From the NCBI GenBank assembly GCA_965263355.1, contig CBDHHL010000032.1:3200001-3264000 (forward strand): a stretch of DNA of 64,000 bases, written 5' to 3'. The stretch comes from Leptolyngbyaceae cyanobacterium. Its GTDB lineage: Bacteria; Cyanobacteriota; Cyanobacteriia; Phormidesmidales; Phormidesmidaceae. Position 1 is the stretch's first letter. Every line of letters starts with the position of its first letter. The notes below the pieces were generated by a model. It had not been told where the DNA came from. It saw nothing but the letters and a program-made list of their open reading frames with translations, and did no database searches. This document shows, piece after piece, positions 44,878 to 55,368 of the stretch. A program made the translations under genes and the position numbers.

Positions 44878-45951
44878 GTGAGGGACCCTGGCGTGCAACA
44901 ACGAGATTCTCAACTGGCAAGTGATATTCACGAGGACTTTATTCGCATTGGTGTGATTGGTGTTGGCAACATGGGGCAACACCATGCGCGTGTGCTAAGT
45001 CGCATCAAAGACGTTCAACTAGTTGGTATTGCAGATATTAACGTCGAACGTGGTTTAGCGACGGCAGGCAAATACGGTGTGCGTTTTTTTGAGGATTATG
45101 ATGAGCTGTTAAAGCATGTGGATGCTGTCTGCATTGCTGTGCCCACAAGGTTTCATCACCAGGTGGGTATGGCTTGTTTGCAGGCAGGGGTGCATATGCT
45201 GATTGAAAAGCCGATTGCGGCTAATATCGCTGAAGCTGAATCCTTGGTCAATGCAGCAGCAGAGGCTAACTGTATTCTACAAGTTGGCCACATTGAGCGG
45301 TTTAATCCGGCTTTTCAGGAGTTGCATAAGGTCCTTAAAACCGAGAAATTATTGGCACTTGAGGCTCGCCGTATGAGTCCATACTCCCAGCGGGCGAATG
45401 ATGTGTCCGTAGTTCTAGACTTGATGATCCACGATATTGATCTTCTACTAGAACTAGCAGAAGCGCCAGTGGTTAAATTGACGGCAAGTGGTAGTCGGGC
45501 TGGGGACTCACCTTATTTAGATTATGTGACGGCTACTCTAGGCTTTGCCAATGGCATTGTGGGGACCTTAACGGCGAGCAAAGTAACCCATCGCAAGATA
45601 CGGAGTATTGTCGCCCACTGCCGTAACTCGCTGACTGAGGCAGATTTTCTCAACAATGAGATTTTGATTCATCGTCAGACAACGGCCAACACCATGACTG
45701 ATTATGGTCAAGTGCTTTATCGACAAGATGGTTTGATTGAGAAGGTCTATACCAGTAATATTGAGCCGCTGCATGCGGAATTGGAGCATTTTGTTCACTG
45801 CGCTCGCGGGGGGGGGAAGCCTTCGGTTGGCGGTGAACAAGCGCTTAAAGCCCTACGCTTAGCCAGCCTGATTGAGCAGATGGCGCTCGATGGTCAAGCT
45901 TGGCGAACGGATGATGAGATGGCGGGGGTATTGCAGGCAGTTACGGTATAG
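44878..45951 (+). CDS. Gfo/Idh/MocA oxidoreductase
   Basis: GVIGVGNMG, EKP, GHIERFNP, DLMIHDID. Confidence 0.93.
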   Translation: MRDPGVQQRDSQLASDIHEDFIRIGVIGVGNMGQHHARVLSRIKDVQLVGIADINVERGLATAGKYGVRFFEDYDELLKHVDAVCIAVPTRFHHQVGMACLQAGVHMLIEKPIAANIAEAESLVNAAAEANCILQVGHIERFNPAFQELHKVLKTEKLLALEARRMSPYSQRANDVSVVLDLMIHDIDLLLELAEAPVVKLTASGSRAGDSPYLDYVTATLGFANGIVGTLTASKVTHRKIRSIVAHCRNSLTEADFLNNEILIHRQTTANTMTDYGQVLYRQDGLIEKVYTSNIEPLHAELEHFVHCARGGGKPSVGGEQALKALRLASLIEQMALDGQAWRTDDEMAGVLQAVTV

Positions 45952-46201
45952 CGGTAATGACTGCGGGTTCTATGGCGATCGCAACCAGGCCATTTTCTTG
46001 AGCTGCCACGCCAAAAATAACCTCACCTTCATGGGCGGTAAAAAAACAATGGCGAATGCCATCAACGACGCGACACAGGGCAACGGTACCTGAGCAAATT
46101 TTCCAAGCTTGATTGGGGACGTTGAGTTCCAGGATTTCATCTGGTTGAATGTGGCACGCCGTTTGGGTGATGTGCTGGGGCGGTGTGCTCAAGATAGACA
46201 T
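45941..46201 (-). CDS. Small hypothetical protein, cNMP-binding/cupin-like
   Basis: W.I.SG.VAL...RHCFFT...GEVIFG...LVAIAIE pattern. Confidence 0.55.
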   Translation of the reverse strand: MSILSTPPQHITQTACHIQPDEILELNVPNQAWKICSGTVALCRVVDGIRHCFFTAHEGEVIFGVAAQENGLVAIAIEPAVITAIP

Positions 46202-46347
46202 AAAGATAGTGAAGTAAGTCGAAGCTAGTCTTCTAGCATAGACAAGCAGAGCTGCTAATCGGAGGCTTTTCTGATTTATCTTAGAAATGTTCCAATAAAC
46301 TTCATAGAAATCTGATGTAGTGTATGGCTATGTAGGCCAGGTATCCA

Positions 46348-47418
46348 TCAGTCCGCTCCTGCCGTTGTCAATGGCTGTAAAGGAGGTATGTGAGTGCTTA
46401 AGGCTGAAGCTGTAATGCCTGCGCGCTGGGCTGCGATCACACCAATGGCTTCTAAGTAAGAGTTCACTGTCATTACCGTTAGGTTTAGGGCGTTGGCATC
46501 GACTTTAATGGCAGCAGAATTGTCTGCCACGGCAATAATCTGAGTAGATGTACCGCTGAGACTCAAGACGGCACTGCCCCCCAGGGTGCTGGCAGGAACC
46601 ACCAGGGCATCGACATCATGGGCACTAATGCTTTGAGCTGTGGCTGCGGTTGTAAACTGGGGGGCTTGACTGAGGCCAGCCAAGACACAGGGTAAAAAGG
46701 TATAGCCAATCTCTTCGGCAGCAGAGCGTGGAGAAATACTCGGATCCAGGGGTAAGGGCTGGAGAGCCGGGGCATGGGCACAAGGCACTTGAAACTCACG
46801 CACCACGAGATGGCTAATCACCGCTTCAGCCCCCGCGAGTGGATCCACTCCCTGGCCCTGACGATAGTTGGTAAGGGCGTCACTACCAAGGTCATCTGGA
46901 AAGCGGGCGATCACAGCAATGGCATCACAGCCTGCCTGACGTAAATGCGCCACAGCACGCAGCAGGCTATCAGGATGGGTTAAGGTTCCCCAGGTAGCTG
47001 TTTGGGCTTGTTTTAGCTGTACCCCTAAAGGTGTATCTGTCGTGATGTAGCGATGAATGGCTAAGCCTAAAGTAGCCCGAGCGGCATCGGCAGCTTGTAG
47101 ATGCCGCCAACGTAAATCGTCTTCAATGCCCTGGTCCAGTACTAATCCAATCGTATTTTGGTGAACGGGGCATAGATGCCAACGTCCTGCAGCGAACTGA
47201 TCGAGCCCGTACCCTTCAACATAGTAGGCATTGGCTAGGGGCCAATAGAGTTGGGCCCCGTTGAGAACATTGGGGTGGGTAATTAGCTGGTCGGTGACGC
47301 TTGCGATCGCACGAGCGACGGGCAATGCATCCCCAGCATAGCCACCAATGGCTGCCCCTACTCCAGTAGGAACAATCATCATAGTGGTATGGAGACAGGC
47401 GTTTTGAGATCGGTTCAT
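46348..47418 (-). CDS. DUF3326 family protein
   Basis: IVPTGVGAAIGGYAGDA, THPNVLNGA, EAVISHL, PCAHAPA; start 47418 overlaps the upstream stop. Confidence 0.88.
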   Translation of the reverse strand: MNRSQNACLHTTMMIVPTGVGAAIGGYAGDALPVARAIASVTDQLITHPNVLNGAQLYWPLANAYYVEGYGLDQFAAGRWHLCPVHQNTIGLVLDQGIEDDLRWRHLQAADAARATLGLAIHRYITTDTPLGVQLKQAQTATWGTLTHPDSLLRAVAHLRQAGCDAIAVIARFPDDLGSDALTNYRQGQGVDPLAGAEAVISHLVVREFQVPCAHAPALQPLPLDPSISPRSAAEEIGYTFLPCVLAGLSQAPQFTTAATAQSISAHDVDALVVPASTLGGSAVLSLSGTSTQIIAVADNSAAIKVDANALNLTVMTVNSYLEAIGVIAAQRAGITASALSTHIPPLQPLTTAGAD

Positions 47419-47630
47419 GGCTGGTTTGAGGCAGCCATTGTCACTACGGCTTCTACCTGGACAGTCGTCTGATGCACAGCTACAATCGCCCATCTAAGCG
47501 GTTCTCCGTAGTCGCTTAGATGGGTTTCAATATGGTCTCGAAGCGCGATGCCATCAGCCTGTAGCTCAACCGTTGTCAGGATGAACTGTGTGGTGAGGGC
47601 GGTAGGATTACTAGTTTTGAAATTGGCCAA
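47415..47630 (-). CDS. Small conserved hypothetical protein
   Basis: I...L..YGEPLRWAI...VEAVVT; coupled to its neighbours. Confidence 0.7.
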   Translation of the reverse strand: MANFKTSNPTALTTQFILTTVELQADGIALRDHIETHLSDYGEPLRWAIVAVHQTTVQVEAVVTMAASNQP

Positions 47631-47931
47631 ATTGGGCTTGGTATACCTCGTCTTCTTTTTCAGTTTCCAATTTGATGTCAGATGTGGGATAGGCTACACA
47701 AAGTAGGGCATACCCTTTGTCCTGGAGTTCTTGACTCACACCCATGCCGTCTGTTTGGGAGACGCTGCCCTCGGTAATCAAAGCAGCACATGTAGTGCAT
47801 ACTCCCGCACCACAGGATGTAGGAAGTTCAAGACCAGCCGTTTGGGCTGTGGCCAAAATTGTTTCCTGTTCATCGACAGCGATGGTATGAACAGTGCCTT
47901 GATGATGAATTTCGACAGAATAGGTTGCCAT
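47611..47931 (-). CDS. Plant-type 2Fe-2S ferredoxin
   Basis: SCGAGVCTTC...LLCVAYP, EDEVY..QFG tail. Confidence 0.93.
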   Translation of the reverse strand: MATYSVEIHHQGTVHTIAVDEQETILATAQTAGLELPTSCGAGVCTTCAALITEGSVSQTDGMGVSQELQDKGYALLCVAYPTSDIKLETEKEDEVYQAQFGQFQN

Positions 47932-48124
47932 TGAGATTGTGATTGAAAAAAATTAAAAAAGTATTGAAGGGTTCGCTGAGATTAGTAGTCTGTCAAAACT
48001 TAATTTTTTGGGGTGAAGAAGACTATCAGTAAAACGACTGTTACACCCAACAAACTACTCACCGTCTTACCTAAAAGTTAAGCTTGACACAGTAGCAGAC
48101 ATTGCTTAAAAAATCTGCAAACGT

Positions 48125-48307
48125 CTAGCCTTGAGACTTTTCTTTGAAAACACGCTCAAATTCCTCTAACAAATCATCCATTTCCTCTAAAGCTTGGTTG
48201 ACATCAATACGCAATGTACCGAGATTAGGCTGTTCTAGCAGCTGCACTAGGGACTCACGTTTAGCCCTAATTTGTTCAATTTGAGTTTTAATCGTCTCTA
48301 GAGGCAT
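48125..48307 (-). CDS. Small coiled-coil hypothetical protein
   Basis: LGTLRIDVNQALEE.DDL..EF; plausible helical hairpin. Confidence 0.65.
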   Translation of the reverse strand: MPLETIKTQIEQIRAKRESLVQLLEQPNLGTLRIDVNQALEEMDDLLEEFERVFKEKSQG

Positions 48308-48481
48308 GGCTATGTCTTATCTCACCGTCTACAGACTCCAGAATAAGCAACTTTGGGTGAATAATGCTACAGGGTGATGTTCTGAATAGTCGAGTTTAAT
48401 TTCTGGTCAAAGTTTAAACTCATATCCCTTTACTATAGAAATTAGGCCCATACATAAGTTTTGTAATCAACCATCCTGCAT

Positions 48482-49033
48482 ATGCTACGAAAAATTCCCC
48501 TTGGCGGTGTTTTATTGTCGATCGGTTCTATTCTGACCCTGGTTGGTTTTGTGGCCTATTTCAGGGATATGGCCACCTTAAATCTGGCAGGCTTTTTCTA
48601 TGGAATTCCAATTTTGCTGGGGGGAGCAGCATTGCGAGCGGCGGAGTTAGAACCAGTTCCCTACACTCAGTCTGCAAGCGATACTGTGATTGCTTTGCGA
48701 GATAAAACGGCCACCCAAACCCAAAACCAGGTGCGCAAAGATGTGACTCGCTATCGCTACGGTCAAGAGGCTCATTTAGATATTGCTTTAGAACGTCTTG
48801 GCCTGAGTCCCAATGATAAACAGCGACCGGTATTGAGCGGTTTGCGAGAGGAGCTGCGGAATGGTGCCTATGCCTTGGTACTGGAGTTTGATTCTCCATA
48901 TATGCCGCTGGAGAGCTGGCAAGAAAAGCACGGCAAGATCGAAAAATTCTTTGGGCCTAACATTCGCGCTGAGATTGATGCTAAGGCCGATGACCAAATG
49001 GAGTTAGCGCTGATTACGGCTTCAGCTGCATAG
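48482..49033 (+). CDS. DUF2854 family membrane protein
   Basis: FYGIPILLGG.AL..AEL.P, DVTRYRYG.EAHL, FFGP. Confidence 0.85.
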   Translation: MLRKIPLGGVLLSIGSILTLVGFVAYFRDMATLNLAGFFYGIPILLGGAALRAAELEPVPYTQSASDTVIALRDKTATQTQNQVRKDVTRYRYGQEAHLDIALERLGLSPNDKQRPVLSGLREELRNGAYALVLEFDSPYMPLESWQEKHGKIEKFFGPNIRAEIDAKADDQMELALITASAA

Positions 49034-49039
49034 ATTTCA

Positions 49040-49069
49040 GCAAACTGCTGACCACAGTCAGCAGTTTGC
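49040..49069. terminator. Hairpin between convergent genes
   Basis: GCAAACTGCTGAC-N4-GTCAGCAGTTTGC perfect 13-bp stem. Confidence 0.65.
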
Positions 49070-49129
49070 GTCGCGCCTATGGCTATTACCGTCTAAAGTC
49101 TTTAGCCAACTCTGTGTAGCACCGCCCCC

Positions 49130-49948
49130 TTAAATACTGACGATGCCAGACCACTGTACCTGCTTGAGTCGTGTACGCCGATAGGAGAAAAAGCGCTCAG
49201 GTTCTTGATAAGTGCAGTGGGGTGCAGTAGCTATTTGTTCTGGCTTAAAACCCATCTGTTCTAATTGGATTTCGTTAATGCGCCGCACATCCAAACGCAC
49301 ATGACCGGGTTTTGTATCAGAGAGCAGCGGCGGATTGTTTACATTGAGTAGGTGCTCAACCACGTCTGCTTCATTATCAAACTGGTCTGCATTGACGATA
49401 CTCAAACCAATTTGAGCGGCAACATCTTTGCCCACTTGGTAAACTTCACCGGTAATAGCTGGGCCTAGCAGGACGCGTAGATCCTGAAGTTGTGAGCCTT
49501 GGGACTGCAGCTTAGCAACGGCTATGGGTACAATTTTTTGGGCTGTGCCTCGCCAGCCTGCATGGGCCGCTGCCACAAGTCCAGTGCGTTTATCAGCAAT
49601 CAAAGCAGGTGTACAATCTGCAGTACATACCCATGTGGCTTGACCGGATTTATTACTAAAGCAGCCATCGGCCTGGGGGCGCTGAATATCCTCTTCTGTG
49701 ACCTGATGACCAATGCCGCCACTGGCTACTAGCGTTTTAGTCCCGTTTCTGACTTGCTCAGGCGCAAGGACGACATTACCGTGAACTTGCTTAGTTCTCA
49801 ACACTTCAGCGTCTGTAGCCAGAGCTGAAGTGAGGGCTTCAGGTCGTTGGGGGGTAAAGTCCGATGTAAAGAACCCGTGGGGCTGATTAATCAGATTACA
49901 GGTTAAATAGGACTTACCTTGCCAGGTTTGCCAGTTCCAGTTGTGCAT
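49130..49948 (-). CDS. pgeF: Peptidoglycan editing factor / purine nucleoside phosphorylase YfiH
   Basis: QVHG, TADCTP, AHAGWRG, GPAI, CT....FFSYRR. Confidence 0.92.
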   Translation of the reverse strand: MHNWNWQTWQGKSYLTCNLINQPHGFFTSDFTPQRPEALTSALATDAEVLRTKQVHGNVVLAPEQVRNGTKTLVASGGIGHQVTEEDIQRPQADGCFSNKSGQATWVCTADCTPALIADKRTGLVAAAHAGWRGTAQKIVPIAVAKLQSQGSQLQDLRVLLGPAITGEVYQVGKDVAAQIGLSIVNADQFDNEADVVEHLLNVNNPPLLSDTKPGHVRLDVRRINEIQLEQMGFKPEQIATAPHCTYQEPERFFSYRRTRLKQVQWSGIVSI

Positions 49949-49978
49949 GGGAGAGAACAGAGTAAAGGGTGAGTAGGG

Positions 49979-51643
49979 TCAAGATTGACACGCTACAAGC
50001 TTAGCCTTTACTTGAGAGTGCAGCTTGAGTAGACCATATTCTAGACCGTCAACGACAGCTTGATAGGAGGCTTCCAAAATATTGGGCGATAGTCCGACCG
50101 TTGTCCAACGACGCTCACCGTCCCCAAATTCAACCAGCACTCGAGTTTTGGCGGCAGTTCCCGCTGTACTGTCTAGAATACGCACCTTATAATCTGTTAG
50201 ATAAAACCGCTCTAGCTCTGGATAAAACTGTTCTAACGCTTTACGCAAAGCATGGTCCAGTGCTTCTACAGGACCATTACCCTCAGCGGCATGGAGTAAA
50301 TTTTTGCCATCTACAGACACTTTGATGGTGGCTAAAGAATAGCTGCTAGCCGAGTCTTCTGGTGAGCAATTAACCGTATTCCCGGCGTAGGGCATACGTT
50401 CACAATGTACTTGAAAGCCATGTACCTCAAACATTTTGGGACGCTGTCCCAAGGCTTCACGCATAAGTAATTCAAAGCTAGCCTCTGCCGCCTCAAATTG
50501 ATAGCCTTCGTCTTCTAGAAACTTTAATCGTCGTAGCAACTGGCGCGATGTCGGATTTGTCCGGTCAAGTTTAAGGCCAAAGCTACGGGCTTTAGCCATG
50601 ATATTGCTCAGCCCTGCCTGATCGGAAATGACAATGCGCCGGAGATTGCCGATAGCCTCAGGCTCAATATGCTCATAGGTTTTAGGATTGCGTTCTACGG
50701 CACTGACATGGATACCGCCCTTATGGGCAAAGGCTGATAAGCCTACATAGGGAGCATGATCGTCGGGTGCTAGATTGACTAACTCGCTGATGTCTCGGCT
50801 AGTGATAGTCAGGGTAGCCAGCTTGTCGGCGGTTAAGCAGTTATAACCAAGCTTGAGCTGTAAATTTGGGATTAACGAACAAAGATTTGCATTCCCGCAC
50901 CGTTCTCCATAGCCATTGATGGTGCCTTGGACCATCGTCACCCCTTCCAGAACTGCCGTCAGCGCATTAGCAACGGCTAGCTCGCTATCGTTATGGGTAT
51001 GAATACCCAATTGGGGAGGATTTTCTAAATTAAGCGTGGTTAACCATTGGCTGATTGTACGGACAATATCGGTGATCTGATGGGGGAGCATGCCTCCGTT
51101 GGTGTCACACAAAACCAGCCACTCCGCCCCGGCCCGAATTGCAGCTTCTAACGTTTGGACAGCGTAGGCAGGGTTATTTAAGTAGCCATCAAACCAATGT
51201 TCGGCATCGTAGATCACTCTGCGCCCCTGTTGTCGCAAATAGTCAATAGAGTCATAAATCATTGACAGATTTTCGTTGAGATCTGTTTTTAGCCCTGTGG
51301 TGACGTGAAGATCCCAAGATTTGCCAAACAGAGTTATCCATTGAGTTCTGGCTGCTAAGGCTGCGGCCAAAGTAACGTCTTCTGCTACTGGCAAATGGGG
51401 GCGACGGGTGGAGCAAAAAGCAACCACTTCAGCCTGACGTAGCGGCTGTAACTGCAGCTGGGCAAAAAACTGACCATCCTTAGGATTGGCCCCTGGCCAT
51501 CCCCCTTCAATAAAGGGGATGCCGAGGTCGTCAAGACGACGCGCAATATTGAGTTTGTCCTCAACGGAAAGGGATAGGCCCTCTCGCTGGGCACCGTCCC
51601 GCAGGGTAGTGTCGTAAATCCAAAGTTGAGTATTGGGAGACAT
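49979..51643 (-). CDS. cimA: Citramalate synthase
   Basis: YDTTLRDGAQ, EGGWPGANPKD, YDAEHWFDG, HTHND, AHKGGIH, GPVEALD. Confidence 0.92.
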   Translation of the reverse strand: MSPNTQLWIYDTTLRDGAQREGLSLSVEDKLNIARRLDDLGIPFIEGGWPGANPKDGQFFAQLQLQPLRQAEVVAFCSTRRPHLPVAEDVTLAAALAARTQWITLFGKSWDLHVTTGLKTDLNENLSMIYDSIDYLRQQGRRVIYDAEHWFDGYLNNPAYAVQTLEAAIRAGAEWLVLCDTNGGMLPHQITDIVRTISQWLTTLNLENPPQLGIHTHNDSELAVANALTAVLEGVTMVQGTINGYGERCGNANLCSLIPNLQLKLGYNCLTADKLATLTITSRDISELVNLAPDDHAPYVGLSAFAHKGGIHVSAVERNPKTYEHIEPEAIGNLRRIVISDQAGLSNIMAKARSFGLKLDRTNPTSRQLLRRLKFLEDEGYQFEAAEASFELLMREALGQRPKMFEVHGFQVHCERMPYAGNTVNCSPEDSASSYSLATIKVSVDGKNLLHAAEGNGPVEALDHALRKALEQFYPELERFYLTDYKVRILDSTAGTAAKTRVLVEFGDGERRWTTVGLSPNILEASYQAVVDGLEYGLLKLHSQVKAKLVACQS

Positions 51644-52148
51644 AGCAACAGAGAACACAATGTAGGAATGAAGCCTGAAAATGAAGATTAGAGAAGGATG
51701 CTACCTGTGGTTAAGTGCTGAGTTGCAAATTTTTAGTTTTATCCGATCTTTATTTCTTAGACGCATTTTAAAGACCCTGTGTACCGAGTTTAGACCTTTG
51801 ATAAAGATATTCACAACCCAAAATGGGAAATAAGTTTGTGTGCTTGATTCTATTGACCACAGGTGTTTGGTAGCATTTTTATACGCCTATTCTCATCATG
51901 TTTTTTTGATTCATGTCAGGTATGTCGTGCCTCCTATTTAGTTGGAACAAAGAAAAGTCAGGCAGTCTTGAGGTTGTGGCTCAATGGCCAGCTCAATTGT
52001 TGACGGATTAGAAAAATTTCTAACTTAGAATATCTCCGTGTTTTACGCAGCTAAACTGTTATTTATCAAACTATCTCCCCAAGGTTTAATGCTTTATGTC
52101 CCAAAAAACTTTGGGTTTAGTTTGAAACTCTTAACTTAAAGAATTCCT

Positions 52149-52475
52149 ATGCCAAACGTGATTGCTCAAGGAAAAACCTTTGAATGTGCCACGGGGGCAA
52201 ACCTCAGACGGGTGCTATTGGAGCATGACGTGGCTCTATACAATGGCAATGCTCGTTTGATTAATTGTCGGGGTATTGGTAGCTGTGGCACCTGTGCTGT
52301 GATGGTTGAGGGGGAGGTGTCGGCTGCCAACTGGAAAGATCGGGGGCGACGGTCACTGCCGCCCCATAATTCTGAGAGTCCTTTACGATTGGCCTGTCAA
52401 ACGTCCGTTTTGGGGGACGTGATAGTAACTAAATATGACCAATTTTGGGGGCAAGGACAAACCTTACTGTGGTGA
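52149..52475 (+). CDS. 2Fe-2S ferredoxin-like protein
   Basis: NCRGIGSCGTC...RLACQ. Confidence 0.88.
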   Translation: MPNVIAQGKTFECATGANLRRVLLEHDVALYNGNARLINCRGIGSCGTCAVMVEGEVSAANWKDRGRRSLPPHNSESPLRLACQTSVLGDVIVTKYDQFWGQGQTLLW

Positions 52476-52597
52476 GCATTAAGGCTTCAGGCCAAAGTTG
52501 TTGAAGTTATTGTCTCTATTTCTATTAAAATAGTGCATCCATTTTTTAGGAACTGGGTAATGATAAAAACCAGTGGTAGTCGGGAGGGGAAAGGTTT

Positions 52598-53065
52598 ATG
52601 AATAAGTTTATCTTAGGCAGTATTTTGGCTGCTATTTCACTAATGGCGATCTATGGCAGTAGTGCTTCTAATCGCGTGACTTCCTGGGTGGACGGGGAAA
52701 ACCCTGTGGCCACTCAAAGTAATTTTGGTCAGACCAATGGCCGTGTTAATAATCAAGGGACTGGTGATCAACTTGTTGCTCTAAATGAAACAGAGCAGGA
52801 TGCCATTGCTCAGATTGGGAGTCGTACACCCTTAGAAAAAGCGGGTGATATTCCTCAGCGTCAGACCCGTGGTGTGCAGAGTTCTCCCGCGTTTGGGACT
52901 AACGCTCAGTCAGCCAATACTGGGGACGATACTGATGGTGAAGTTGTTACCCCTGATCCATCGCCTGCACCGAATACACCAGCTCAGCCAGCTCCAGAGG
53001 CTACTCAGGGGCAGCCCCAGCCGCCGCAAAACCAAACTCAGCCCCCCGTGCGGGCACTTTGGTAA
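52598..53065 (+). CDS. Hypothetical exported low-complexity protein
   Basis: N-terminal hydrophobic signal, Pro/Gln-rich tail ending PVRALW. Confidence 0.65.
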   Translation: MNKFILGSILAAISLMAIYGSSASNRVTSWVDGENPVATQSNFGQTNGRVNNQGTGDQLVALNETEQDAIAQIGSRTPLEKAGDIPQRQTRGVQSSPAFGTNAQSANTGDDTDGEVVTPDPSPAPNTPAQPAPEATQGQPQPPQNQTQPPVRALW

Positions 53066-53079
53066 GGGGGGAGCCAGTC

Positions 53080-53097
53080 GGGTGGGCACTACCCACC
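53080..53097. repeat. REP-like palindrome
   Basis: GGGTGGGCACTACCCACC, related to the copy at 54317. Confidence 0.55.
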
Positions 53098-53167
53098 ATC
53101 ATTGGGTAATCGTCGGGTAATCGTCTGAATGGATCATAGTCAATTGCAGGGGGGTGGATAAACGTTT

Positions 53168-55186
53168 ATGGCGCAGGCAGATGTACTGGTGGTGGGTGGC
53201 GGTATTATTGGCCTTGCGATCGCAACCGAACTGCGCCAGCAAGGTGCGACAGTAACCATCCTCAGCCGTGACTTTAATGCGGCAGCAGGTCATGCGGCGG
53301 CGGGCATGTTAGCCCCTAGGGCTGAAGGGTTGACAGGCCCTATGCTAGAGCTAGGTCAGCGTAGTCTGTCCCTCTATCTCGACTGGTGTCGTAAATTAGA
53401 AGAGCTAACGGGCCAAGATACTGGCTTTTGGCCCTGTGGTATTCTTGCTCCGCTTTGGGAATTACCCGCTGAAACCAATGGACTAGCGAACACTACTTTA
53501 CTCGGCCAGACCGCCATTCACAGCTATCAATCCCATCTCAGTCCTCAAGTAGCCGGTGGTTACTGGTACCCCGAAGAAGGGCAAGTCAATAATCAGGCTT
53601 TGCTCAAAGCCTTACGGATAGCTTCCCAAGATCTGGGTGTGGAGATCCAAGAGGGGGTAAATGTCATCTCTTTTTTGCAACAGAATCACCATGTAACTGG
53701 GGTATTGACTTCCCAGGGGCAGCAGCAGGCGGGGCATTATGTACTGGCGACTGGTGCTTGGACTAGTGAGCTGTTGCCAATTCCAGTAAAGCCTTGTAAG
53801 GGGCAAATGGCTGCCCTGTTGACTCCCCTTGACTCTCCCTATGGCCTCAGTCGAGTTTTGTATGGCGAGTACAGTTATATTGTGCCGCGCAAAGATGGGC
53901 GAATTGTGCTTGGGGCTACGAGTGAAGATGTTGGATTTACTCCCCATAACACTTCTAGGGGAGTAGCCCAGCTGCTTAACGAGGCGATTCGGCTTTATCC
54001 GCCCTTAGCTGATTTTCCTGTGCAGGAGTCTTGGTGGGGATATCGTCCAGCGACTCCTGATGAGGCTCCTATTTTGGGTCCTAGCCATTGCGATAATCTA
54101 ACTCTGGCAACGGGGCATCATCGCAATGGTGTTTTGCTGACGCCGATTACGGCTAAGCTGATTGGTGAGGCGGTTAAGGGAAAACCTGATCCGCTGTTAG
54201 ATGCGTTTCATTGGGAACGGTTCATGGAGGCGAGGGGTACCCATGGGACGGGAATGGAGCGTACTGCTCCGGTTCAAAATGTTCAAATTCAAAATGTTCA
54301 AAATGCAATGCCGATAGTGGGCACTGCCCACCCTACGGTTTTACACAATTCTACAGATATGCAAACGCTTTCGGCTCCTGTTGTGACAACGTCTGATGAT
54401 GTGCTGGTGATTGCGGGACGGTCTTTTGCGTCTCGGTTGATGACGGGGTCAGGGAAATTTGAGAACTTTGAGACGATGCGGGCTAGTCTGGCGGCGAGTG
54501 GCAGTCAGATTGTGACAGTAGCTGTGCGGCGGGTGCAGACCAATGCTCCAGGGCATGAAGGATTGGCCCAGGCCATTGACTGGCAGAAGATTTGGATGTT
54601 GCCCAATACTGCTGGCTGTACTACGGCTGACGAAGCGATTCGTGTGGCTCGACTGGGGCGAGAAATGGCAAAGTTGTTGGGGCAAGAAGACAACAATTTT
54701 GTCAAACTGGAAGTTATCCCTGATGCTAAATATTTGTTGCCGGACCCGATTGGTACCTTGCGGGCTGCAGAACAACTTGTGAAGGAAGGGTTTACGGTGT
54801 TGCCCTATGTGAATGCAGATCCGATTTTGGCAAGGCATTTGGAAGAGGCTGGCTGTGCGACAGTCATGCCCCTAGGCTCTCCCATTGGCTCTGGCCAAGG
54901 GGTGCGTAATGCGGCTAACATTCGCATTATTGTTGAGAATGCCAATATCCCGGTGGTAGTAGATGCGGGAATTGGTAGTCCCAGTGAAGCAGCAGAATCG
55001 ATGGAGATGGGGGCGGACGCCTTACTGATTAATACTGCGATCGCAAAAGCTCAAGACCCGGTCAAAATGGGACGAGCCATGGGGCTGGCAACAGAAGCAG
55101 GTCGTTTAGCCTATTTAGCCGGTCGGATTCCAGTAAAAGCATATGCCAGCGCTAGCTCTCCACTAACGGGTACCATTACCAGCTAG
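53168..55186 (+). CDS. thiOG: Fused glycine oxidase ThiO - thiazole synthase ThiG
   Basis: [65 protein letters not shown]. Confidence 0.95.
   Translation: MAQADVLVVGGGIIGLAIATELRQQGATVTILSRDFNAAAGHAAAGMLAPRAEGLTGPMLELGQRSLSLYLDWCRKLEELTGQDTGFWPCGILAPLWELPAETNGLANTTLLGQTAIHSYQSHLSPQVAGGYWYPEEGQVNNQALLKALRIASQDLGVEIQEGVNVISFLQQNHHVTGVLTSQGQQQAGHYVLATGAWTSELLPIPVKPCKGQMAALLTPLDSPYGLSRVLYGEYSYIVPRKDGRIVLGATSEDVGFTPHNTSRGVAQLLNEAIRLYPPLADFPVQESWWGYRPATPDEAPILGPSHCDNLTLATGHHRNGVLLTPITAKLIGEAVKGKPDPLLDAFHWERFMEARGTHGTGMERTAPVQNVQIQNVQNAMPIVGTAHPTVLHNSTDMQTLSAPVVTTSDDVLVIAGRSFASRLMTGSGKFENFETMRASLAASGSQIVTVAVRRVQTNAPGHEGLAQAIDWQKIWMLPNTAGCTTADEAIRVARLGREMAKLLGQEDNNFVKLEVIPDAKYLLPDPIGTLRAAEQLVKEGFTVLPYVNADPILARHLEEAGCATVMPLGSPIGSGQGVRNAANIRIIVENANIPVVVDAGIGSPSEAAESMEMGADALLINTAIAKAQDPVKMGRAMGLATEAGRLAYLAGRIPVKAYASASSPLTGTITS
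54317..54336. repeat. REP-like palindrome inside the thiO-thiG linker
   Basis: GTGGGCACTGCCCACCCTAC (reverse strand begins GTAGGGTGGGCA). Confidence 0.7.
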
Positions 55187-55368
55187 CCAATATGTATGGA
55201 CGACACCTGACATCCTTTTAAGGATATCCACTATATTCGATACATAATCGAACCTATTGAGTTACTTTCTATGGGGAGTGTGCAGTTGACCCAACGTTTA
55301 GGAGCGATTGTTCCTTTGGTGCTCACAGTATTGGGACTGGGCGTACTAAATGCCGAGTGGTGAAATTT

